The notes under the pieces are model-generated. The model saw only the letters and a program-made list of their open reading frames with translations. It had not been told where the DNA came from and ran no database searches. A stretch of 32,000 bases of DNA from Candidatus Saccharimonadota bacterium (lineage in GTDB: Bacteria > Patescibacteriota > Gracilibacteria > UBA4473): NCBI GenBank assembly GCA_965228485.1, contig OZ245819.1, positions 1 to 32,000 of the forward strand, read 5' to 3'. A program made the position numbers and the translations under genes. Below are positions 23,833-30,645 of this stretch, in pieces (positions within the stretch are counted from its first letter, which is position 1; the number at the start of each line of letters is the position of its first letter).

Positions 23833-25878
23833 TTATTGTTTAATAATTTTACTAAGTCGGTAGATCACATCAGCGGCTTCCCCTCGGTTAATCGGGTCAT
23901 TTGGTACAATGAAACCTCCTTTTTTCATTCGTAGTAATTCATTGTCTCGACCAAACTGAAAGTATGGTGCGTACCAAAGATCAGATTTCACATCTGGATA
24001 AGGATCATTAATAACGTTTTCATTTGGTGTAAACTCGGCTGTAAGGATCGCCATTTTTAGGAATTCAGCTCGAGAAATGGTGTTTCCTGGTCGGAATTGT
24101 CCATCTCCGTAACCTTTAACGATTCCTTTAATGAAAGCGGTATTGATATAGCTTGCAAACCAAGCATTACTGTCTACATCAGGGAAGTTATTGCTGTTTT
24201 CATTGGCAGCAATACTATTGGCTTCTAGAATAATTTTTAGAGCCTCTGCTCTATTAAGTGTATTGTCTGGTCGGTAGGTGCCATCCTCATAACCTTTCAC
24301 GATTTCATTTTCCCGTAGAAATTTGATGGCATCAGCATAAGTGTGTGTGGCTGGAACATCTTCAAATACTTCTGGTCGAAGGCTTCCTGATTTTACTTCT
24401 CCAAAATCACCTTCAGCAACGACTTTGAATGGATATTCACTTTCAGTGACTACCGCTACTTCCGCAACATTATTTACAAAGTCATCTTTGGTAAGCACGC
24501 TTGGAGAAACGCTGGCACGGTCTTTTAGTGTAGAGGTAAGACTGATTGAGTCGGTAATTAGCTCTGCGGCATTTACATTAATTTTTACGACTTCTTTTTC
24601 TCCTGGAATGTAGTTTTGATCCGTCACAATTTCTACTGTGATTTTGTCTGGAAGATTGGTCGTTTCGGCTTCATCTTTAATAATTTTTCTGTCTTCTAGG
24701 GATTCTTCTTCTGGTATTTCAACCTTTTCTGTGGTTTCCTCCTCGAAAGTTGGTGGCGTTTCTGCTAGCTCAATATTGTTTTGATCTACTGGCTCTGGAG
24801 CACTACTATGGATTGGTTCGTCTTTGATAATTTTGTTATCAGCGGTCCCACTTTGTACGAGTAGATTTTCTTCATTTGAAAATCCTTCAAACTTAGCAAT
24901 GAAGTTTACTGGATGTACGGTGTACTTTCGGGCTTCATTTTTTTTGAAACCTGCTTTTACGGCTTCAAAGGTAGAGCTGTATCCAGCATTTTGAGCTTCA
25001 TTCCATGTGAATGGCCAGTAGGGGATAAATGGCGCATCATCTCGATCAATCTGGAAATGGATGTGTGGTGCTGTGGCGTATCCCGTATCTCCAGATTTTC
25101 CAATTGATTGTCCTTTTCGGATGGTTTGTCCTTCTCGGACATCGATTTTTGATAGATGTGCGTAGGTTGAAACAAGCGTTACATTTCGGTTCTGATCGTT
25201 TGGATCAGGAATGTTTACATGAGCGATAGAAACGGCTTTTCCAAAACCGGTGGCTTTATCCTGGACTTTATAAACCACTCCATTGGCAATAGCATGAATA
25301 GGAGTGCCAATAGGAATCTTGATATCGATTCCAGGATGAGAACCACTATTTTCTGTCCCGTCCAGAAGGTAATTTCCTAGATTTGGGACTGGGTAAGTAA
25401 CGTAGATATTTCTTTCTTGAGCGTTATCAGGTTGCCATTCTTGACCAGCTCTCATGGCCTGAATGTCGTATTCTGGCAAATCCATGAACTTGGATTTTGG
25501 AATTTGATCATAGGTCATTTTTCTTTCGGCTTCGGTGAGTTCTGTCCAAATTGGAACTTTTTTAACGGGCATTTCTGTTCCCGTGAATTCTGTCTGAGGT
25601 AGATCCAAAAGACTCGCTTTGAAGACAAAACTATACTTCTGAAATACATCTCCAAAGAAAATCAGTGCAATAGCGGCAACGAGTACCCAAGTAGCTTCAG
25701 GTCTTTCCTGAAAGAAGCTCCACCAAGTATGATTCTGAGTCTCATTACTAATTCTTTTTGATGTGAAATGAGCTTCAGTATCTTCTGCTGTAGGCATAGA
25801 AGTATTTTTTTTCTTCCACAGGAAACTTCCAGCAATAATGCCAGCTACTATTACGATTACGCCCCAGAGTTTTCGCAT
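23833..25878 (-). CDS. Membrane-anchored M23 (LytM-type) metallopeptidase with three C-terminal SLH domains
   Basis: M23 core at nt 25042-25344 (GSHPGIDIKIPIGTPIHAIANGVVY ... YAHLSKIDVREGQTIRKGQSIGKSGDTGYATAPHIHFQI). SLH repeats at nt 23842-24384 (FPDVDSNAWFASYI...GYGDGQFRPGNTISRAEFLKM). ATG 25878 (MRKLWGVIVIVAG) is preferred over the ORF-track TTG at 25896. Confidence 0.85.
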   Translation of the reverse strand: MRKLWGVIVIVAGIIAGSFLWKKKNTSMPTAEDTEAHFTSKRISNETQNHTWWSFFQERPEATWVLVAAIALIFFGDVFQKYSFVFKASLLDLPQTEFTGTEMPVKKVPIWTELTEAERKMTYDQIPKSKFMDLPEYDIQAMRAGQEWQPDNAQERNIYVTYPVPNLGNYLLDGTENSGSHPGIDIKIPIGTPIHAIANGVVYKVQDKATGFGKAVSIAHVNIPDPNDQNRNVTLVSTYAHLSKIDVREGQTIRKGQSIGKSGDTGYATAPHIHFQIDRDDAPFIPYWPFTWNEAQNAGYSSTFEAVKAGFKKNEARKYTVHPVNFIAKFEGFSNEENLLVQSGTADNKIIKDEPIHSSAPEPVDQNNIELAETPPTFEEETTEKVEIPEEESLEDRKIIKDEAETTNLPDKITVEIVTDQNYIPGEKEVVKINVNAAELITDSISLTSTLKDRASVSPSVLTKDDFVNNVAEVAVVTESEYPFKVVAEGDFGEVKSGSLRPEVFEDVPATHTYADAIKFLRENEIVKGYEDGTYRPDNTLNRAEALKIILEANSIAANENSNNFPDVDSNAWFASYINTAFIKGIVKGYGDGQFRPGNTISRAEFLKMAILTAEFTPNENVINDPYPDVKSDLWYAPYFQFGRDNELLRMKKGGFIVPNDPINRGEAADVIYRLSKIIKQ

Positions 25879-25898
25879 TGATAAAAATAAATCCAAAC

Positions 25899-25907
25899 AT
25901 TATACCA
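25899..25907 (-). promoter_or_regulatory. Extended -10 element TGGTATAAT for the M23-SLH operon
   Basis: The reverse complement of ATTATACCA at 25899-25907 is TGGTATAAT. The predicted transcription start near 25892 lies downstream of TTG 25896, which supports ATG 25878 as the start. Confidence 0.45.
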
Positions 25908-25936
25908 AAAAATGACCAAAAATTCAATAAAATCAC

Positions 25937-25965
25937 TTGCCTAAAACCTCAGGTCTGATTACTAT
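25937..25965 (+). promoter_or_regulatory. Sigma70-type promoter for tRNA-Arg
   Basis: TTGCCT (25937-25942), a 17-nt spacer, then TACTAT (25960-25965). The tRNA starts at 25982. Confidence 0.4.
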
Positions 25966-25981
25966 CTCGCTTGCTCTTAGC

Positions 25982-26058
25982 GCACGCGTAGCTCAGCTGG
26001 ATAGAGCACCGGTCTTCGGAACCGGGTGTCATAGGTTCGAATCCTATCGCGTGTACCA
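25982..26058 (+). tRNA. tRNA-Arg (anticodon UCG), CCA encoded
   Basis: Acceptor GCACGCG/CGCGTGT (G1-U72 wobble), D-arm GCTC-AGCTGGATA-GAGC, anticodon arm CCGGT-CTTCGGA-ACCGG, T-arm ATAGG-TTCGAAT-CCTAT, then A-CCA. Confidence 0.9.
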
Positions 26059-27711
26059 CATTGGATACTTACATTCAGAATCTGCCAGAAATTCTTTACT
26101 ACAAAGGGTTTCTGGCGGTTCTAACCTATTAGGGGCGTATTGCTTGAGCTGATTCATGAGCAAATACTCCTTTTTGAGGTCTAATGCGAGTTTCTTGTCC
26201 TCTAAAATGAGGTTCGAGCCGATTTTAGAAAAGATAAATTTTTTCTCCTGAATGGTGCCATTTTGGAATCTTTTTAAGATTCCTTCTATGAAGTTAAACT
26301 CATCTTCAGCCTCTTTAAGGTCTTTGTTGGATTTATTCATAGATTTAGCAATCTGATCTTTCCATTGTGTCTCTTCACCTTCTATGGCTCGTTTAGTCTC
26401 TTCATACTCAGATTGAGAGATCTCATTATCCATTCGCATAGTTAGCAGGTTTTGTTTTCGTGTATGAGCCTGTGCAAGGCTTTTCTGAAGAATTTTCAGC
26501 TCTGATTCAGACACTTTGGCATTCTCTTGATGGATGTATCTGAGCCATCTGATTGCCCATTGCTCAAAGTCTTTATCAATTTCAAGATCATCAAGAACCT
26601 CCATTATTTGAGGCTCTAAATCTCTTTCTCTAATGCATTTTTGAGTACAATTTTTGTTCTTTTTCTTTGTGCATCGGTAGTAGGTATACCAATTTGCTGA
26701 TTCAATAATCTTATCAGTGATCTTAAAACCACATTTCTTGCAGGGATGTGGGTTCTTTGATGTCTGTGGACAGCTACACTTAGGACAAAAATACTTCACT
26801 TTCTCTTCAGCCGTGATACTACTTCCACACTCACCACACTTCATACATCCAGTGAATGAGAACTGATACTTTTCTGGTTTTGATTTTCCAGAACGCCTTA
26901 AAAGCCTCTGTACTTCCTCAAATTCATGCTTGGTAACCATTCTTTTGTGCTGTCCCCAGCTTTCAATGTCCCCATTACGAACTAAACCATAGTAAAAAGG
27001 ATTGGTAAGTATTTTATGGAGAGAGGAGACACTAAGCGGCTTCCCACCACTTTTTTTCCTCCTAATCGTTTGGAAGTTCCACTCTTTATCGGCGATCTTG
27101 CAAATCTCATTGAGAGAGTAAGAGCCTGTAAGATAATAATCCCAAATCTTTCTTACTGTATTGTAACGGTTCTGATCTATTACCACTGTCTTACTAACTC
27201 TATCATTTAAGTATCCGTGAGGAGCTACACTGCACCATCCTCCATTCTCAGTCTTAGTCTTATTCCCTCGCTTAATGTTACGAGATAGATCAATAGAGAA
27301 TTGATTACTCATCCCTAAATCTATTGTTAGAGGTAAAGTATTATCACTTGGGAGATACCTTTGGTGTTGAGTCTGGATGACCTTTACAATTGAATTTTGG
27401 AGTAAGTAAATTATCTGACCTCCTTCAATCATGTTTCTAGCTAGTCTATCTGACTTCCAGACCAAGATACCGTCTATTTCACCTTTTTGTATTGCCTCCA
27501 TCATCTCAATGAATTGAGGACGGTTATTGACCTTGTGAGCTGATCCAGAATCTATGAAAGTCTTATGGATTTTGATGCCTTCTTTGTTCGCATAGTCTTT
27601 CATCTCTCTTAGTTGAGACTCTATGGATAGCATCTGTCTATCTTTATCCTCTTGAGATTTACGAGCATAAAGTGCGAACTTGATATGTTTGTGCGAGTAA
27701 TTCATTTTCAT
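26044..27711 (-). CDS. Large serine recombinase (integrase)
   Basis: Resolvase domain: FALYARKSQEDKDRQMLSIESQ ... DSGSAHKVNNRPQFIEMMEAIQKGEIDGILVWKSDRLARN. Recombinase domain: LHKILTNPFYYG. Cys-rich zinc-ribbon region: CMKCGEC..CPKCSC..CKKCG..YYRC. There is a C-terminal coiled-coil. ATG 27711 (MKMNYSH) is the preferred start. The stop codon TAG at 26046..26044 lies inside the tRNA-Arg T-arm. Confidence 0.9.
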   Translation of the reverse strand: MKMNYSHKHIKFALYARKSQEDKDRQMLSIESQLREMKDYANKEGIKIHKTFIDSGSAHKVNNRPQFIEMMEAIQKGEIDGILVWKSDRLARNMIEGGQIIYLLQNSIVKVIQTQHQRYLPSDNTLPLTIDLGMSNQFSIDLSRNIKRGNKTKTENGGWCSVAPHGYLNDRVSKTVVIDQNRYNTVRKIWDYYLTGSYSLNEICKIADKEWNFQTIRRKKSGGKPLSVSSLHKILTNPFYYGLVRNGDIESWGQHKRMVTKHEFEEVQRLLRRSGKSKPEKYQFSFTGCMKCGECGSSITAEEKVKYFCPKCSCPQTSKNPHPCKKCGFKITDKIIESANWYTYYRCTKKKNKNCTQKCIRERDLEPQIMEVLDDLEIDKDFEQWAIRWLRYIHQENAKVSESELKILQKSLAQAHTRKQNLLTMRMDNEISQSEYEETKRAIEGEETQWKDQIAKSMNKSNKDLKEAEDEFNFIEGILKRFQNGTIQEKKFIFSKIGSNLILEDKKLALDLKKEYLLMNQLKQYAPNRLEPPETLCSKEFLADSECKYPMWYTR

Positions 27712-27730
27712 TATTGGGTGAATAAATAGT

Positions 27731-27854
27731 GAAAACCCAGAAAAGGACGGTTCTGGCTTACCCGTTACAACGACCAAATGGTAGTTTTACGGCAGAACCG
27801 CCCATCTCTGGACACAAAATTCTACCATTTGATCGTAAATTGTAAGGGGTAAGC
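27731..27854 (-). promoter_or_regulatory. Highly structured leader or palindromic site upstream of the recombinase gene
   Basis: Nested inverted repeats: 27756-27769/27841-27854 (14 bp, 1 mismatch), 27770-27773/27833-27836 (4 bp) and 27775-27784/27822-27831 (10 bp, perfect). There is also a 6-bp hairpin 27737-27742/27751-27756, followed on the minus-sense RNA by GUUUUC. A competing 8-bp pairing is 27748-27755/27793-27800. Confidence 0.4.
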
Positions 27855-27901
27855 ACTTTCATTTTCTCTTTTCTTGGGTTATTTGGCAAGTTGGTTAGGA
27901 A

Positions 27902-28252
27902 CTATAAATTAAGGGACTTGAGTCTTTTCAGTTCTTTCCCAAGATCTCTACTGGCATCTCCATTTTCCCAGTTCATGTGGTGCGTATGCTCCCACAAGTA
28001 GTGTTCTAGGTACTTCCCACCACTGAACCTTTCATGCCATTCTAATTTAGGGACTAAACCCTGCATGTGCGAAGTAAGAATCGTTCTCATCTTCTCATCT
28101 AACTCAAACTCATAAATGTACCAATCATGGTCTTCTTCAGAGTTAGAGCTGTCAAAATCTACCGTCTCTAGGTAAAAACCATAGACAAGTAGCAGTATGG
28201 CAACATCTCTATCCTTAGTTCGGAATGTTTTTTCGTCTTTGCTCATTTTCAT
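27902..28252 (-). CDS. Small hypothetical protein, DUF5659-like N-terminal half
   Basis: 116 aa. FRTKDRDVAILLLVYGFYLETVDFDS...WYIYEFELDEKM follows the same pattern as the 77-aa neighbour (helix, G-F, beta-strand F-x-F). Confidence 0.55.
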   Translation of the reverse strand: MKMSKDEKTFRTKDRDVAILLLVYGFYLETVDFDSSNSEEDHDWYIYEFELDEKMRTILTSHMQGLVPKLEWHERFSGGKYLEHYLWEHTHHMNWENGDASRDLGKELKRLKSLNL

Positions 28253-28319
28253 TGGGGGTTAAAAAGTAAAAAAATTGAGCTTTTTACATCTGCAACCAGT
28301 GGAGATCCTCTAATGCTTT

Positions 28320-28475
28320 TCATGGTTGAATGGGAAAGTCATGATTTTGAGCGAGAGACATAAACGTCAGAAGATCTCTAGCTTCTTGTTCTACCTCTTC
28401 TCTGGACAGCTCACGCCCAAACTTTTTGAGATAAAGTTCTTGTAGTTCATCAATGGCTTGTTGTGGGATCTTCAT
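28320..28475 (-). CDS. 51-aa micro-ORF translationally coupled to the upstream gene
   Basis: Not in the ORF track. Manual translation gives MKIPQQAIDELQELYLKKFGRELSREEVEQEARDLLTFMSLAQNHDFPIQP. Its ATG (28475..28473) overlaps the TGA stop (28474..28472) of the 77-aa gene as ATGA. Confidence 0.45.
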   Translation of the reverse strand: MKIPQQAIDELQELYLKKFGRELSREEVEQEARDLLTFMSLAQNHDFPIQP

Positions 28476-28705
28476 TTTTTAGACACATCAAAAACTCGGC
28501 TCTTGAGAAGCCGGTGGTGGTAGAGCAGATTACGAGCCTCTACCTTTAGCTTGCCTTTCCAGTAGTCACTAACTGCTTTATTGAGATCTTCTGTACTTCC
28601 ACCAAAGGCAAACACAATTCGTCTCGGATCTGAACTATCCAAAGAATCAATGGGAAAGCCCAATGCAAACAGAGTTGTTGCTAACTGAAAATCAGAGGTA
28701 CTCAT
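28472..28705 (-). CDS. DUF5659-like small protein
   Basis: 77 aa: SDFQLATTLFALGFPIDSLDSSDPRRIVFAFGGSTEDLNKAVSDYWKGKLKVEARNLLYHHRLLKSRVF. This matches my recollection of the DUF5659 pattern found in phages and mobile elements. Confidence 0.6.
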   Translation of the reverse strand: MSTSDFQLATTLFALGFPIDSLDSSDPRRIVFAFGGSTEDLNKAVSDYWKGKLKVEARNLLYHHRLLKSRVFDVSKK

Positions 28706-28758
28706 AAATACTCATTAAAAAGCAACTGAATTGTTGCTCAGTATTGCTTTTCGAGCAT

Positions 28759-28776
28759 TTCTAGAACATTCTAGAA
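28759..28776. promoter_or_regulatory. Tandem palindromic TTCTAGAA boxes (candidate operator)
   Basis: TTCTAGAA at 28759-28766 and at 28769-28776, 10 bp centre to centre. They lie between the 372-aa gene stop and the 77-aa gene start. A third copy is at 30089-30096. Confidence 0.4.
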
Positions 28777-28783
28777 AAAGTTA

Positions 28784-29902
28784 TTAGTAAACCTCAGAGT
28801 CATGTAGGAGCCTCATCTCTTGTTCATTAGGAGAAAGCTCAAAACATTTTGATGGTATGTTGAGTTTTGATACCAAATTCTTAATAAAGTAGTTTCGTAA
28901 TTCTTTTACAGATTTTACTTCAGGCGGTTGAGAAGGATCTCTAAGACTCTCAAAGCTCATCCATTCACCTTTATGTTCCAGTAGTTTGGTAAAAGACCAG
29001 TAATGAGATTTTTTGTTATTTGCAATGATTCTAAATGGAAATTTTTCTTCTGGTCTATCTTGGTGCCAAAATTCCTGTTTTGTAAAATCAAAAGAAAGGT
29101 TTAGGTATGATGGAAAAGGATTATCACTTGTTATGCCTTTATCAGTTTTAAGGCACTTAATCCTCAATGAGTCTGCTGATAGAATTTCTACAATCTGAAT
29201 CAGTCCACCGTTTTCTAAAAACCATGCAGTAGCAAAAAGATCTAAGTATGCATTTTTACCAATCTCTGGGGATTGTAATACTTGAGTATCTGAAGCCGAT
29301 GTCTCTGAAGCTTCAATAATTTGATCCTTCACAAGTTGGATCTGCTTTGTTGAGTCCAAAATGTTGAGACTATAGTCATTGAATTGGTTTGTAGACCAGA
29401 GTTCTAGGTACTTACTGAGATAAGTCTTTAATTGCACTTGATTCACCTTTACCTCAAAAAACCACTGCACTAAAGCATCTATGTCAGTGCTTGTGAGAAA
29501 GCTCACTCCATCTAGTGTGGAAAAGGTATCACTATCAAATTCTCTTATCTCTAAAATCTTTAGATCCAAAGCTCTTGTTCCGCACTTTAGGGCATTGGTA
29601 TGTGATAATACTTTTTGCTGTAGCAAAGAGGTCAAAGCATCAGCTAAATCTTTTTCAGATAAGCCAGCAGGGTAGCTTACTTCCAAAAACCCTTTTGGAG
29701 TATTGCGAGAATGTTTATCTGGGTAATGGTCTTCATCAGTTGCTTCTACGGCTTGAACATCCAAGCTTCCACTTGGGGGCATGTTACTGAGATCTTTTGG
29801 TGCAATTCTGTCCTGAAGCTGAACATAGATGCACAAAGCTACCTGAAACACTTTTGTGTCTCGTTCTACATCAATCCTACCATCCCACATGTTCATACTC
29901 AT
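28784..29902 (-). CDS. Hypothetical protein (372 aa), first gene of the island's minus-strand cassette
   Basis: Long ORF with no motif I can assign. Confidence 0.7.
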   Translation of the reverse strand: MSMNMWDGRIDVERDTKVFQVALCIYVQLQDRIAPKDLSNMPPSGSLDVQAVEATDEDHYPDKHSRNTPKGFLEVSYPAGLSEKDLADALTSLLQQKVLSHTNALKCGTRALDLKILEIREFDSDTFSTLDGVSFLTSTDIDALVQWFFEVKVNQVQLKTYLSKYLELWSTNQFNDYSLNILDSTKQIQLVKDQIIEASETSASDTQVLQSPEIGKNAYLDLFATAWFLENGGLIQIVEILSADSLRIKCLKTDKGITSDNPFPSYLNLSFDFTKQEFWHQDRPEEKFPFRIIANNKKSHYWSFTKLLEHKGEWMSFESLRDPSQPPEVKSVKELRNYFIKNLVSKLNIPSKCFELSPNEQEMRLLHDSEVY

Positions 29903-30088
29903 TATGTGGACATTATAGCCCCCAGCCTCAAAACGAGAGAATCAATTTACAAAAAAACCATGAAGGAGTAAATTATGCACGCAACCTTTTTCTAGTTTCG
30001 TTAAAAAAATCCTTGCTGCAGCTTTTGCTGTTTCAAGACACCTAAAGATGGGGCAATTGACTGCCTTTCATGGGTGTCCGCAAGGAAA

Positions 30089-30096
30089 TTCTAGAA
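30089..30096. promoter_or_regulatory. Third TTCTAGAA box, in the divergent control region of the island
   Basis: A perfect palindromic 8-mer, 32 nt upstream of ATG 30128. It is embedded in the long hairpin at 30050-30120. Confidence 0.3.
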
Positions 30097-30127
30097 AAGG
30101 GTTGCCAGTTCAGTTGCCCCTTTTTTG

Positions 30128-30412
30128 ATGAAAAATTTAGGTATCGGATTCGGCATTATGGTGTTGGTGTTTGCACTTTCCCTCATAAACCCATTCATAA
30201 GCATGGTTCTGTTTTTTCCTGCTATGATTTTCATATCCATCTTCTTCCCCATTAGATTTTTCCCTAATAAACCAGAGGAAGAATCTGAAGAAGAAATTTC
30301 TGATGATGTGAAAGCCGCTCAAGAGGTTATGAATAAGCCATCAAACCTTGTTTTTAGATTTGTCTTACTGATAATAATTACACTGGTGGCTTACCTTTTC
30401 CTTAATTCATGA
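30128..30412 (+). CDS. Small three-TM membrane protein with an acidic loop
   Basis: MKNLGIGFGIMVLVFALSLINPFISMVLFFPAMIFISIFFPIRFF ... LVFRFVLLIIITLVAYLFLNS. The ORF-track start at 30125 is TTG. Confidence 0.55.
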   Translation: MKNLGIGFGIMVLVFALSLINPFISMVLFFPAMIFISIFFPIRFFPNKPEEESEEEISDDVKAAQEVMNKPSNLVFRFVLLIIITLVAYLFLNS

Positions 30413-30645
30413 CAGAGAAAGTAGATACGCCTTATCATGAGATTAGGAGGATCAGAAAAGAACAGAGGGAAGCCATCAAAACCTTTAAGCTAGTAGATCA
30501 AAAGTATCTCAGAGTCTTTTACCCAGACTATGCTTCTAAAATTATCAAAGAAGCTCAGAAAGGAAGCTTTCCAAGAATTAAGCACAAGGGGAAATGGTAT
30601 TACAACAAACAACAGATTAGTTTTTATTGTAGAGGTCTTGAATAG
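30409..30645 (+). CDS. Excisionase-like (HTH_17/MerR-type) DNA-binding protein; candidate recombination directionality factor or regulator
   Basis: 78 aa. YLRVFYPDYASKIIKEAQKGSFPRIKHKGKWYYNKQQISFY fits the excisionase-family HTH followed by a wing (K-x-G-x-W-x-F/Y). The start overlaps the upstream stop as ATGA. Confidence 0.5.
   Translation: MTEKVDTPYHEIRRIRKEQREAIKTFKLVDQKYLRVFYPDYASKIIKEAQKGSFPRIKHKGKWYYNKQQISFYCRGLE

Noticed and set aside
26082-26123. Inverted repeat CTGCCAGAAA/TTTCTGGCGG within the recombinase 3' coding region, and the 9-mer GGCGGTTCT shared (in opposite orientation) between 26114-26122 and 27792-27800, considered as possible element-end repeats or att half-sites
   Set aside because: A single 9-mer match and a 10-bp inverted repeat with one mismatch are within chance expectation for a 32-kb window. 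Both lie inside or next to sequence already explained by coding or by the leader structure. Kept only as a note.
25937-26152. 71-aa plus-strand ORF spanning tRNA-Arg
   Set aside because: It reads straight through a well-folded tRNA gene and the antisense of the recombinase C-terminus.
27712-27777. Upstream TTG start (27777) extending the recombinase by 22 aa (MVVVTGKPEPSFSGFSLFIHPI)
   Set aside because: The extension lies inside the nested-hairpin leader. The resolvase domain begins right after ATG 27711, and ATG starts are the rule in this window.
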